A stretch of 32,000 nucleotides of DNA from Candidatus Saccharimonadota bacterium (GTDB lineage Bacteria > Patescibacteriota > Gracilibacteria > BD1-5 > UBA2023), in the NCBI GenBank assembly GCA_042852035.1, contig BAAFHK010000001.1, positions 450,001 through 482,000 of the forward strand, read 5' to 3'. Shown piece after piece: positions 18,419 through 32,000 of this stretch. Numbering within the stretch: the first letter of the stretch is position 1; every line of letters begins with the position of its first letter. The notes beneath the pieces are model-generated. The model had not been told where the DNA came from. It searched no databases and was given only the letters and a program-made list of their open reading frames with translations. The position numbers and the translations under genes are program-made.

Positions 18419-19861
18419 ATGACAACTCTCAACGAAAAATACGAAATCATCATGTGACTAGAAACCCACATAAGAATCAAGTCACATACAAAAATGTTTT
18501 GTTCTTGTAAAAATGCAATAGAACTCGCTGATGAACCAAACATCAACGTATGTCCCGTGTGCATGTGATTCCCTGGTATGCTCCCCACTCTTTCTGCATG
18601 AGTTATCGATTTGGCAGTCCGAGCAAGCCATGCCCTTAGAGGTGAGCCACAGTGCCAAAGCGTGTTCGATAGAAAGAGTTATTTTTATCCTGATCTTCCT
18701 ATGGGATATCAGATAACTCAAATGTATGAACCAATATGTCAGGGTGGTGAAGTTCGAACACTGGTAGAATGAGAACTTAAAACTTTTCGAATCCACCACA
18801 TGCATATTGAAAATGATGCTGGAAAACTCGTACACGCAGGAGGTAAAACCCTCTGTGACTACAATCGTGCTGGATCACCTCTTATGGAGATTGTTACCGA
18901 GCCTGATTTTCGATCAAAGGCGGATGTTCTTGCCTATCTCGAAGAGCTCCAAAAACTCATGCGTTGGTGCTGAGCATCAGATGCCGACATGGAAAAGTGA
19001 CAACTTCGTTGCGACGTAAACATTTCTATACGTGAAAAAGGTGAAACAAAATTTCGCAATAGGGTAGAACTCAAGAATATTAACTCATTTTCTGCAATTG
19101 GTCGAGCAATAGATAATGAATATAGTCGACAAATTGAAATCTATGAGAATGGTTGATCCATCGAACAGGAAACTCGAGGTTGGAATGATGAAAAGTGATT
19201 CTCTACACCCCTCCGAAGCAAAGAAGATGCTATGGACTATCGTTATTTTCCAGATCCCGATCTTCCACCACTTATTCTATCGCCCTCATTTCTTGATGAG
19301 AGAATTATAGATGAGCTTCCGATTGATCGAAGATTGAAATATAAAAATGATTATAAACTCATAGAAGATGATGCGAGAATCCTTTCGAACGATAGGACGA
19401 CAAGTGATTTTTATGAGAAACTGGTAGAGCTTACCGGTGATCCAAAAAAATCCTGCTCATACATAACAACGGTACTTTTTGCCATCTTCGAAGCAAGTCC
19501 TGAAAAAATAGACTTAAGCTTCCTTAAATGCTCTCCCGATGAGGTGGCGAATGTTATCAAGATGGTAAATGCTGATGAGATTTCTTCAACCAATTCAAAA
19601 TCTGTTATTGAAAAACTTGTCTTCGAATGAGGAACTGCTGCTGAATGGGTAGAAAAGCTCTGAGTAAAGCAAAGTAATGATATGTGAGCTCTTGAATCTA
19701 TTGTTGATGAAGTTATTGCAGAAAATGCGAGCCAAGTACTAGAATACAAATGAGGAAAAGAATCTCTCTTTGGTTTTTTTGTGGGACAATGCATGAAGGC
19801 GTCAAAGGGGAAGGGGAATCCAAAAATATTTACTGAAATACTCAAAAAGAAGCTTTCATAA
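18419..19861 (+). CDS. gatB: Asp/Glu-tRNA amidotransferase subunit B
   Basis: [92 protein letters not shown], and a C-terminal GatB/YqeY domain. ATG 18419 to TAA 19859-19861. Confidence 0.92.
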
Positions 19862-19866
19862 TTTGA

Positions 19867-19894
19867 TTGACTAAAAGTCATAAAACTCTATATT
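19867..19894 (+). promoter_or_regulatory. Candidate promoter for carAB
   Basis: TTGACT (19867-19872), a 16-nt spacer, then TATATT (19889-19894). It lies about 29 nt upstream of the carA ATG. Confidence 0.35.
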
Positions 19895-19922
19895 GTGTGA
19901 GATACATAACTCACTCCACAAT

Positions 19923-21008
19923 ATGAAGGCCTCGCTCATACTTAAAGATGGAACAACTTTTAGGGGAGAAAGTTTCGGATATGAAGGAAATACTTCGTGA
20001 GAAGTTGTCTTCAATACAGGTATGATCTGATATCCAGAAACCCTCACCGATCCTTCATACAAGTGACAAATTCTTGTCACTACATATCCTCTTATTGGTA
20101 ATTATTGAATCCCTGATTTCGAAATCAGGGATTCTTTTTGAATAAAAACACATTTTGAGTCTGAAAGGATTCATCTTTGCTGACTTATTGTTTCTGAATA
20201 TAGCGAAAACTACAATCACTTTGAATCAAATGAGTCACTTGCTCATTTTCTTAAGAGGCAAAAAATCCCAGCTATAAGTGGAATTGATACACGAGCACTG
20301 ACGGAATATATTCGTGAAAATTGATGTACGCCTGGAAAGATAATCATTGAATGAAAAGATGATACAGAAGACTTTATTGATCCAAACGAAAGACTTCTTG
20401 CTTATGAAGTAGCAACGAAAGAAGTCACCACTTACAAAGCATTAGAAAATCGAAAAAATAAAAACTTACTCATCGTGGATATGTGAGTAAAAAATAATAT
20501 GCTTCGTCATTTTCTAAAGCTCTGAGTCGATATTATTCGTGTTCCAGGAAATTATCCATTTATGGATGGAAGCATCGATTTTGATGCTATATTTCTCTCA
20601 AATTGACCTGGCGACCCAGCCAAATATAGAGAAACCATAGAAGAAACTCAAAAAGCAATTCGTGCTGATAAAAAAATATTTGGGATATGTCTAGGAAATC
20701 AGCTTCTCGCGCTCGCAGGCTGAGGGAAAACTTATAAACTCCCATACGGACATCGAGGACAAAATCAGCCCATAAAAGATCTTGAGACGGGAAAATGTAT
20801 TCTCACATCACAAAACCACTCATTCGCAATCGATGAATCAACTCTTCCTGCGAATATTATTCCTTGGATGAAAAACATTAATGACGGAACAAATGAAGGA
20901 ATCCGCTTCAAGGATAAAACCATATCAAGTGTTCAGTTTCATCCCGAATCATCCCCTTGACCACACGATAGTACATATTTGTTTCATGACTTTATCGAAA
21001 AGATCTAG
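19923..21008 (+). CDS. carA: Carbamoyl-phosphate synthase small (glutaminase) subunit
   Basis: [49 protein letters not shown] (catalytic Cys), GHRGQNQP, VQFHPE. ATG 19923 to TAG 21006-21008. Confidence 0.92.
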
Positions 21009-21038
21009 TTTCTTCTTCATAATTTAACAAATCTTCTC

Positions 21039-24000
21039 ATGTATAAAAAAATTCTTATTCTTGGTTCTTGAGCCCTCAAAATCGGAGAGGCTGGAGAGTT
21101 TGACTACTCTTGAAGTCAGGCAATTAAGGCTCTCAAAGAGGAGGGAATAAAAACTATTCTTATAAATCCAAATATAGCCACAGTTCAGACAGACCCAGGT
21201 TTTGCTGATGAGCTCTATCTTTCCCCAATAAACCCTGAAGCTGTAGAGGAAATTATAAAAAAGGAAGAACCCGATGGAATAATGCTCTCATTTGGATGAC
21301 AGACGGCACTCAATTGTGGGCTTGAATTAGAAGAAAAAGGGGTGCTCAAAAAATATAATATCAAAGTCCTTGGAACCTCGACTGATACCATACGAATGAC
21401 GGAAGACAGAAAAATATTTAACCAAGCGTTGGATCAGATTGGAGTAAAATATGCCCGAAGTGCTACGGCTGAATCAAAAAAGCAGGCAATAAAAATTGCT
21501 GAAGATATATGATATCCTGTACTTGTACGTGCAGCTTTTGCTCTCGGAGGACTTGGTAGTGGGTTCGCTCATGATAGACATGAACTTGAGCTTCTTCTTG
21601 AAAAATCTTTTTCATATTCACATCAAGTCATCATCGATGAAAGTCTCGTCGGATGGAAAGAGCTCGAGTACGAAGTTGTACGTGATGGCAATAACAATTG
21701 TATCACTGTATGTAATATGGAAAATATCGACCCCATGGGCATACATACTGGTGAAAGTATCGTCGTTGCACCAAGTCAAACTCTTTCAGACAAGGATCAT
21801 CAAATGCTCAGAGATATTGCCCTGAAAACTATACGACACTTGAACATCATTGGAGAGTGCAATATTCAGTTTGCCCTCGATCCACATTCATCTCGATATT
21901 GTGTAATAGAGGTAAATGCTCGTCTCTCCAGATCATCTGCTCTCGCCTCAAAAGTAACCGGTTACCCACTCGCATATGTTGCTGCAAAAATTTCTCTAGG
22001 CTACCACCTTGATGAGATCAAAAATCTTGTAACAGGTACAACAACTGCTTTTTTTGAACCAAGCCTTGATTATGTTGTTATAAAAATCCCAAGGTGGGAT
22101 CTTGAAAAATTCGAAAAGGTAGACCAAAAAATAGGATCTGAAATGAAAAGTGTTTGAGAAGTAATGGCTATAGGTCGAAATATCGAGGAGGCTCTCCAGA
22201 AATGATTTCGTAATCTCGACATCGGAGCAGTATGACTCATATGAAATACAAAAGACTACGATTTTTCACCCAGCGATCTTGATTTTGCTACACCAAAGCG
22301 AATGTTTGCAATAGTACGAGCTCTTCTTTATGGAAAAAGCTTAGAGGAAATTGAAAGGAAAACTCATATTGACCCATTCTTTCTTAGTAAAATACAAAAC
22401 CTCGTAAATACCTATAAGATTCTTAAGGAAACTTCTAACTGGAAGAACAAAGAACTTTTGCAAAGAGCAAAAAAACAAGGCTTCTCGGATCTTCAACTTT
22501 CAAAAATACTCAAATGTACTGAAAGAGAGGTGAGAAATTTTAGACATGAAAATCAACTCAGACCCAAAATAAACAAGATAGATACACTTGCTGGCGAATT
22601 TCCAACAAATACAAATTACCTCTATATGACATACCATTGAGCATCTTCAGAAATTCAGTCTTTTACCGTGAGTCCAAAGATACTTATAATAGGTTCTTGA
22701 CCTTATCGAATTTGATCATCAGTAGAGTTTGATTGGTGCTCAGTATCAGCACTTCGAGCCCTCAAAAAAATGTGATACGAGACGATAATGCTGAACTTTA
22801 ACCCTGAAACAGTTTCTACTGATTTTGATGTCTCTGATAGACTATATTTCGATGAGATTAGTGTTGAGTCAATTAGTGAGATATATCATTCTGAGAAACC
22901 AATCTGAGTCATTGTATCAATGTGAGGCCAGATAGCCAATAATCTTGCCATGAAGCTCAAAGATTTTTGAATCCCTGTACTTGGCACAAGCCCTGAGAAT
23001 ATCGATAGAGCCGAAGATTGACATAAGTTCTCGACTCTTTGCGACCAGATTGGAGTAGTACAACCTACTTGGAGCGAGCTCACAACAAAAGATGAGGCGA
23101 CTATGTTTTGAGAAAAGTATTGATATCCAGTTATTATTCGTCCATCATATGTTCTCTCTTGAGCAAATATGCGAGTTTGTGCTGACTCTGTCCAACTCAG
23201 TGAATTTCTTGAAAAAGCAACAATTTCCAAAGATTATCCAACGGTTATCTCAAAATTTGAAATTTGAGCAAAAGAAATAGAGATTGATGGGGTAGGGAAG
23301 AATGGAAGGCTTGAGCTCTATGCCCTCTCTGAACATGTTGAGAATGCATGAGTTCACTCAGGAGATGCAACTGTAATATTTCCAGCACAAACGCTTCATA
23401 TCGAAAGTGTGAATCGAATAAAAAAAATAACAAAAAAAATAATTAAAGAGCTCAATATTACCTGACCATTTAATATTCAATTTCTCGCAAAGAATGATGA
23501 AATAAAAGTAATAGAATGTAATCTCCGAGCCTCTCGGAGTTTCCCATTTGTATCAAAAGTAAGTGGATATAACTTTATCGAAATTGCAATCCGATGAATT
23601 ATGGGGGAAGACATAAGCTACGATTATAATACTCTTGATTTAGATCATGTGGGAATAAAAGCCCCTCAATTCTCATTCCATAGACTTAAGTGAGCTGATC
23701 CAAAGCTTGGCATAGAGATGGCTTCCACTGGGGAAGTTGGATGCATCTGAGATACCGTTCCTGAAGCCTTTTGGATGGCAATGAGTTCAGTATGATTTAC
23801 ACTAAAATGAAAAAATATACTTCTCTCCCTCTGAAGCCTTTGAGATAAAAGTGAATTTCTCCCTTCAGCAAGAATACTCTCCGTTCTTTGATATAGTCTT
23901 TTTGCAACACCAGGAACATCAAGAGTCCTCAGTGATGAAGGAATAAAAAATAGAATGGTTGAGAAGTGAGCTATAAAATCAGAAAACCATGTACTCAGTA

Positions 24001-24230
24001 TGGTTGAGGGGAAAAAATTTGATCTTATTATCAACACTCCAAGTAATGATTATCGCGAAGAGGAAAAAAGTTGATATTTTATTAGAAGAGTTGCGGTAGA
24101 TAGAAAAATTACACTTATTACAAACATAAAACTTGCAAAACTCTTTACAAGGTGTATCGAGATACAATCGAGGCAGGGGAAGTTTACACATTATCCTTAT
24201 AAACATTTCGTGAAGAACGCAGAGGAATAG
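21039..24230 (+). CDS. carB: Carbamoyl-phosphate synthase large subunit, 1063 aa
   Basis: [24 protein letters not shown], two ATP-grasp halves ([16 protein letters not shown] and [16 protein letters not shown]) and a C-terminal MGS-like domain. ATG 21039 to TAG 24228-24230 under code 25. Confidence 0.93.
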
Positions 24231-24264
24231 TTGTAATATATGAAACATGTGGTAAAATATACAC

Positions 24265-25035
24265 ATGTTACGAATTTTTATCTTCATAGGTTTTTTTATT
24301 TTTTCTATACATCAGACCCTTGCGGCTGAGATGTTAAAGCCATCTCTCTATGCACAAATGGAGTATCAAGAAAAAATTAATCGAACAAATGCAATAATCG
24401 AAAAAAGATTAAAAAATAAAATGCGTCTTGCTGAAATTCAATCAAAAAAGAATGCTAAAAAGTATGCAACTTCTCCTCAATATCACATATCTTCTCAACT
24501 AAATAGTGCGCAACAAAAAACAACCCCATGAGTAAATCAAGTACAAAACGTTAATATGTCAACCGTAAGGGCAACTTGGCTTGGTTGGTATAATGAGTAC
24601 CGTTCTTCTCTTAAGCTCTGAAGTTATACATATGATAGCAGACTTGATTCAACGGCCCATGATTGGAATATAGTATTCTCAACAGGAAAATGAGAGAATC
24701 ATCATCGACGTAACTCAAGTGATAGCTATTATGATTTTTCTATTATTGATAGTTGGTTTAAAAATAGATGAATCGACCCAAAAGTAATAAATCGATCGAA
24801 GCATACGGAAAATGTTGGCTACTGATACTATAATTGTTCAGACTCTGACTGCACGAATGAGCTCATAGCAAGCATTCGCACTACTTGGGATTTTTTTATG
24901 AGTGAAAAAGGGAAGTCTTATGATGCTCACTATAGGAGTATTATTAATCCTTATTTTACAAAAGTGGGTATGGATATCATAGTTGTTCCGAGTGAGAAAC
25001 GATATTATCTTACGATGCATTTTATAACAGAATAG
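24265..25035 (+). CDS. Secreted CAP/SCP (YkwD-like) domain protein, 256 aa
   Basis: The signal peptide is MLRIFIFIGFFIFSIHQTLAAE. The CAP-like elements are NEYRSSLKLG...LDSTAHDW...ENVGYG...AHYRSIINPYFTKVGMDI. ATG 24265 to TAG 25033-25035. Confidence 0.55.
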
Positions 25036-25132
25036 GTATTTTTTGGCTCGAGATTCATGATTTTAAAATGTTTCTTTTTGCAAAAGAACGATTTAAATAT
25101 ATATTTACAAAATATATTTGATAAAATGCGAA

Positions 25133-26713
25133 ATGGACAGTCTTCCAACTATTTCTCTAGACTGAAGTGCCAACTCAAATCTTGCTCAAGCTTTTAAAAA
25201 TGATGATTACCAAAGGCTTATAGTTCGTATTAATGAGTGAATAAATCAAGCCTCCACACCCTCGGAGGATTCCATTGATCTTCAGGATGCGGTTTTGAAG
25301 TTCCAGGAGCTTCTCCTTTGACTTAAATGAAAAATAAGTGACGATACAATAGTAGAGCTCATTGGGAAAATAGAGCTTATTCGTGCCAAAGTATCATGAA
25401 AAAATATAGATGAGGTCCTTCGGTTTATACCGGAACCATTACGGGAAGATGTAGTTCGTGTTTTTAATGATCCAAAATTACAAAGAATACTTACTCAAGA
25501 ATTACTTGGGTATAGTATGGGGTTTCTGGCACAAAATGTCTGAATTCATATGAACTTTGTTACTCTTTGATGAGAAAATCATGCTGATGTGGGTGGACTT
25601 TTTCAGATTCCTTATAATGGAAAAAAACTCTATATATTTTGGGTTCAGGGACGCATGATGATGGCAGATTCAAGTGAGAAGGCACTCGATGCTATGAGTC
25701 TCGCTGTAAAAAATCCCGTCTTTGCATATTACCTAGTTGATAATAAAGGTAATATAAAAGCAAGGGTTGAGACTCAGCTTTCAGAATTCATGAGAGATCA
25801 ACTCTTTCCGACAGAGAAAATAGTCGAATGATGGATAAGAAAGCAAGGGATGATTCCTGAATGAGTAACCCTTAGTCTATCAACAGGAAATACAGGAAAA
25901 AGAGTAACTTTAAGTAAAAAAAATGCTGATACTGGGCTCTTTATTTTGCTCGGCATCTCCGAATCTGAAATAGGAACCCTAAAAGTCTCAAGTGAGAATA
26001 TCACTCTTGGATGGAGTTATACAGGAAAAAACAATACCTTTACAATTTACACAACGAAATCTAGAGTTCACTTCTCTAATCCTGAATTTCAGGCAGCAGA
26101 TGGTTGGTCCATTTGAACCTTCTGAGATACCACCATTTATAAAGATGATGAAGTGAGATTTGGCCTCTCACGCTGGAGCCATTTAGCCCTTCAGTCTACA
26201 GGAAACGATTGGAGACATCCACAAACAGCCGAAATTCGTTGAGGAATATCACTTGATTGAGAGTTTCCTATTTGAAGCAATACTCATTGATGATTTTCGA
26301 TAAAAAGAAATTGATTCTGGGCACCAAATGTATTTCCAAATACTTTTGATCATATAAATAGTTCTGAAAGGCGCTACCTTCATTTTCTTTGAGAGAATTG
26401 ATACAGCGCGAGAATTCAACATATTCTTTGATGAAGAAAAAGCATCTCGCTTGATTTTTCCCATATGCAATGATCTTATAGCGCTACCCAATCTGAGGGA
26501 TTTCAATACTGATCAAATTGAATGAAGATGAGCTTCTCGCACTCCCATACGCGAAGTATGCATCCACTTATATCTTCAAAGGATGAAACAGTACTGGAAG
26601 TACGAAGAATGATTGCACGATCGGTAGAAATCAGCCTCAGAGGTTCGCATATTCGATATTGATCTCAAAGCCAAAAGCAGGTATCTTGATCACTTGTTAT
26701 ACAGATACCTTAG
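25133..26713 (+). CDS. Hypothetical protein, 526 aa (orphan)
   Basis: The first ATG after in-frame TAA 25094-25096 is at 25133, and the frame is open to TAG 26711-26713 under code 25. I recognised no motif and saw no obvious signal peptide. Confidence 0.5.
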
Positions 26714-26720
26714 ATATAAA

Positions 26721-26751
26721 ATCCCTTTCATAATTCATGAAAGGGATTTTT

Positions 26752-26753
<2 letters not shown>
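26721..26753. terminator. Terminator hairpin shared by the convergent orphan gene and gyrB
   Basis: atccctttcat / atgaaagggat forms an 11-bp stem with a 5-nt loop, followed by a T-run (26747-26753) on the plus strand. Confidence 0.65.
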
Positions 26754-28662
<1,909 letters not shown>

Positions 28663-28693
28663 GAGTGAGCATTAGAAAACGCATGGAGTATAT

Positions 28694-28735
28694 AAAAAAA
28701 GGGGGGAAAGTAAAGCTTTTTGCTCTACTTTCCCC
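28694..28735 (-). terminator. Rho-independent terminator upstream of gyrB
   Basis: ggggaaagta (28703-28712) pairs with tactttcccc (28726-28735), with a 13-nt loop. On the minus strand it is followed by a TTTTTTT run (28694-28700). Confidence 0.65.
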
Positions 28736-28755
28736 TACTTTTGAAGCATTCTTTT

Positions 28756-29211
28756 TTAGAGTCTCATCGTATGTATAATCTTATCGGTTCTTGTCCAGTC
28801 CGCATTGGCATCATAAGGAATCACACTTAAAAGAAAATCCTTAAGGGAAGCGCTATCAACTTCTGTTGTAAATGGAATATCAATAACGGATGAAATTCCT
28901 TTTTTTATAAATAACCTCAGCATAATAGGGTTTCATTCTCCGTCAGATAAAAGTGCAAAACGATCAATTTTGTCAAACTCATAAATAGTATCATTCACTT
29001 TTATAATCCGATCGTTTATATCAACGGTTGAAATAGGGATAGCATTATTTTCCATAAGAATATAAACTCATGCAAAAAGGAATGCCACAATGGACATCAA
29101 ATACATGCCCTCTATAACTCCATAAATAACTAGTGAAAGAACCACTACAAGAGCGATAATATACCAGCCTTTTGGCTTTCCGGGGGAAGTAGAAAATTGC
29201 CAATGAAACAT
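28756..29211 (-). CDS. Hypothetical membrane protein (N-terminal TM hairpin plus soluble domain), 151 aa
   Basis: I chose Met 29211, which lies 6 nt after the upstream gene's stop. The listed ORF start at 29310 would overlap the pilin-like gene by about 94 nt. The stop is TAA at 28756-28758 under code 25. The hydrophobic segment is WYIIALVVVLSLVIYGVIEGMYLMSIVAFLFAGVYIL. Confidence 0.45.
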
Positions 29212-29216
29212 ATGAT

Positions 29217-29645
29217 TTAAGTTATTCCTGCAAATATTGATACTAACTTTGTCATAATGAACCAAGCTGACATAGATAGTACGAATCACATAAGGGCGCT
29301 GTAGATTCATTTTTTTGCCTTATCAACACCAGAACTATCTCAAAGAATACCGCTCGCAAGTTGCATGCGCACAGCATGATATACAATAGCTACTACACAG
29401 ATTGTACCAACAAGCACAAGGAGCATTTCGATTGCGGATACTATTATTGCTGGTATTTGATCCATGCTAACTTTTCCATTTCTGATATCATCCTGAATGA
29501 GTCATGCGCCTCAGTAAATACCCGTAGTTTCATCACCAAGTCAGGGAGATTCTCACAAGCTTTGAACCGCAAATCAAGACACTGGAATAAGGAATGCTCC
29601 AATGAAAAAAAACGTGGAAATTTTATATAAAAAATTGGAATTCAT
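29217..29645 (-). CDS. Small secreted/membrane protein resembling T4SS (TrbC/VirB2-type) pilins, 142 aa
   Basis: ATG at 29645 to TAA at 29217-29219, verified codon by codon under code 25. It has an N-terminal signal-like helix. Two TM helices (IPAIIVSAIEMLLVLVGTICVVAIVY and IYSALMGFVLSMSAWFIMTKLV) are separated by a short loop with the GVDKAKK motif. Confidence 0.45.
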
Positions 29646-29695
29646 GAGTCAATTATACAAGAACTCGTAGAATAATCCAAATTTTTCACATCCTT

Positions 29696-29723
29696 TTGCA
29701 AAGAAAGTGCTTTTCCATATAGT
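29696..29723 (+). promoter_or_regulatory. Candidate promoter for pheT
   Basis: TTGCAA (29696-29701), a 16-nt spacer, then TATAGT (29718-29723). It lies about 36 nt upstream of ATG 29760. Confidence 0.35.
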
Positions 29724-29759
29724 ATTTCTCATCAATAGTAATTTTTCTTTCGTTTTTTT

Positions 29760-32000
29760 ATGCGCATTCCTCTTTCGTGGGTTTCTCTTTATACTCCTAT
29801 TAGTCATCTTCTTAAATCAAGCAACATTCGAGATCTTGCTCACATTTACTCCACTCATACAGCAGAAATTGATGGAATTGAAGAATATCTCATCGATAAG
29901 GTAGTTGTAGGGAAGGTGATTTCATGCGAAAAACATCCCGATTCAAAAAAACTCTCTATTGTACGAGTGAATCAGGGTGAGTTCTGAGAGGAAACAATAC
30001 TCACCTGAGCTCCGAATATCTCCGAAGCAAAATATGTGGCTGTAGCACTCGTAGGAGCGCGCCTACCTGGAGATTTTCTCATTTCTGAAAGGCCCATGGC
30101 AGGAATGATGAGTCGTGGAATGATTTGTGGTGCGGATGAAATATGACTTTCTAAAGAATCAGATGGCGGAATCATGATACTTGAGCAATTATGGGAAGAA
30201 GATACTCTTGAAAAAATGCTTGGAAAATCTTTGTTTGATTTAAGTCTTCCTTTCCCATGAAATAACTGAAAAGTTTTTGAGTACTCGATTGGGGAAGCTA
30301 TGTTTGAGATAGACAATAAATTTATCACAAACCGACCTGATCTTTTTTCGGTACTGTGAAATGCAAGAGAATTTCATGCCATCTTTGATACACCGACTTT
30401 TCTCACTCACACTTATTCATATTCAAATGAAAAAACCGTACAAAATCTCAAGAAACTTGATACAAAAATTGAGACTCGTGCCTGCCTTTCTTACCACCTC
30501 CTTGAAATGAAGGATATAGTGGTAGGGAAGAGTCCATTTGGAATAAAACTTATGATGGAACGCGCCGATCTGACTGTAAAAATGGATATCGTGGATATAA
30601 CAAACCTTATCATGACAGAACTCGGGCAACCTATGCACGTATTTGATAGTGATAAGCTCGTAGGAGGAATTACTGTAAGACAAGCTAAAGAATGAGAATC
30701 GCTCCTTGCATTAAATGGAGTCACCTATAAGCTCTCTCCACTTGATATGGTAATAGCCGATGAAAGATGACCTGTTGCTCTTGCGTGAGTTATAGGCGGA
30801 ATGGAAACAGCCGTGAGCGAAGAAACAAGAAATATTCTCTGGGAATCTGCCTGTTTTGATGCAACTTCAGTCCGACTCACTGCGCAAAGACATGGCATTC
30901 GAACTGATGCCAGTACACGATATGAAAAATCTTTAGATCCAATACTTGCGAGCACTCCCTTTCCTCGTGTTATAGAATACTTAGAGTTTTTGGGGAAAAA
31001 TATACATCTCACTTGAGCATCTGAATATATTGATGCATCACAAATTCGAGAAATAGAGCTTGATGTTACAGAAGAGTTTATTGACATGAAAGCTGGTGTA
31101 CATATACCAAAAAATGAAATAACTGCCATACTGAACCGCTTAGGCTTTACTCTCTCAGGTGTTTTCGAAAATACCATCCACATCAAAGTTCCTTCATGGA
31201 GATCAAGCAAAGATATAAATATAAAAGAAGATATTGCTGAAGAAATAGCTCGAATTTATGGATATGACAAAACGCCTCTCGCTTCACTTGGATGAGGCTT
31301 TAGCATATGAAAAAAGAATCTCGATGCAAAACTTCGAAATATGATTCTTTCCTATCTTTCTCAAAAAAATTGGAATGAAGTCTATACGTACTCATTTACG
31401 AATGAGAAACTCGAAAGAGCCATAAAAAAAGAAAATCTTGATGATGCAATCACTGTTATTAATGCATTTAATGAAGAATACACTCACATGCGGACGTCTC
31501 TTGCCCCAAGACTCCTGTTGGCAGCAAGCGAAAACATAAAACAGAGTAAATCATTCGGATTTTTCGAAATAGGAAAAGTGTATAGTAAAAATTGAGTGAA
31601 TGCCAGCCCTCTTCTCGAAGAGATTGAAAAAAAACCATTCTCTGAAAAAAAGAAAATTGCTTGAATCCTTATTGGATGAAGTCTCGAAAAACTCCGAAGT
31701 GACATAGAGTGACTTCTGAATCAATCTCTTTCATACATTCCACCGGTTCACACTGGAACTCGTCTCTCATTTTTACACCCAGGCGCGAGCGGAACCTATA
31801 ACGAATGAGAAACTGTTATTGCAGAATTTGGCAATATTCATCCTGCCGTATCAAGTGCATTCTGACTCTGAGATTGCCTCTATTTTGAAATAGACTTTGA
31901 AATACTGCTTTCACATATGAAGGAAAGTGAAGTTCGTTTTGAACCAATTTCACGCTACCAGACTATTGCAAGAGAACTCAATTTTCTAATGGATGAACAT
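29760..32000 (+). CDS. pheT: Phenylalanine-tRNA ligase beta subunit (3' end lies outside the window)
   Basis: The N-terminal tRNA-binding (OB) domain is VVGKVISCEKHPDSKKLSIVRVN. Also present are the B3/4 domain, IMTELGQPMHVFD, the B5 domain with PSWRSSKDINIKEDIAEEIARIYGYDK, and a C-terminal catalytic-like region. The frame is open to the window end under code 25. Confidence 0.9.

Overview
This low-GC bacterial window only makes sense under genetic code 25 (TGA=Gly, the Gracilibacteria/Absconditabacteria type of CPR bacteria). Every break in the supplied standard-code ORF track inside a recognisable gene is a TGA. These TGAs repeatedly fall at invariant Gly positions: GyrB LHA-G-GKF and AKQ-G-RN, CarA SN-G-PGDP, CarB FDYS-G, Hsp70 I-G-IDL-G-TTNS and DL-G-GGTFD, AAA+ G-PP-G-CGKT, and S2 A-G-VKDM. 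The window also carries a tRNA-Trp with anticodon CCA, which argues against code 4. After re-translation, about 12.3-32 kb is a housekeeping block: tRNA-Trp, tsf, rpsB, a methyltransferase, a HAD hydrolase, a Na+/solute symporter, a small DMT/SMR-like protein, a PNPOx-like protein, gatB, carA, carB, a secreted CAP-domain protein, a 526-aa orphan, gyrB, a pilin-like plus membrane protein pair, and pheT. Positions 1-12.4 kb form a visibly more A+T-rich, TGA-dense accessory region with four parts. (i) A tightly packed cassette of a GrpE-like protein, a divergent 833-aa Hsp70, an HPD-less J-like membrane protein and a classical AAA+ ATPase (1-6077). This is my best candidate for an undescribed system. 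(ii) A convergent operon encoding an orphan protein, an FtsK-HerA/T4CP-like ATPase and a Replic_Relax-like wHTH/nuclease-fold protein. (iii) A roughly 570-bp non-coding region with a roughly 135-bp imperfect palindrome and a G-tract. (iv) A large serine recombinase abutting tRNA-Trp, whose code-25 reading frame runs antisense through the tRNA. I saw no CRISPR array, rRNA or transposase. All protein calls rest on motif recognition by eye, with no searches run.
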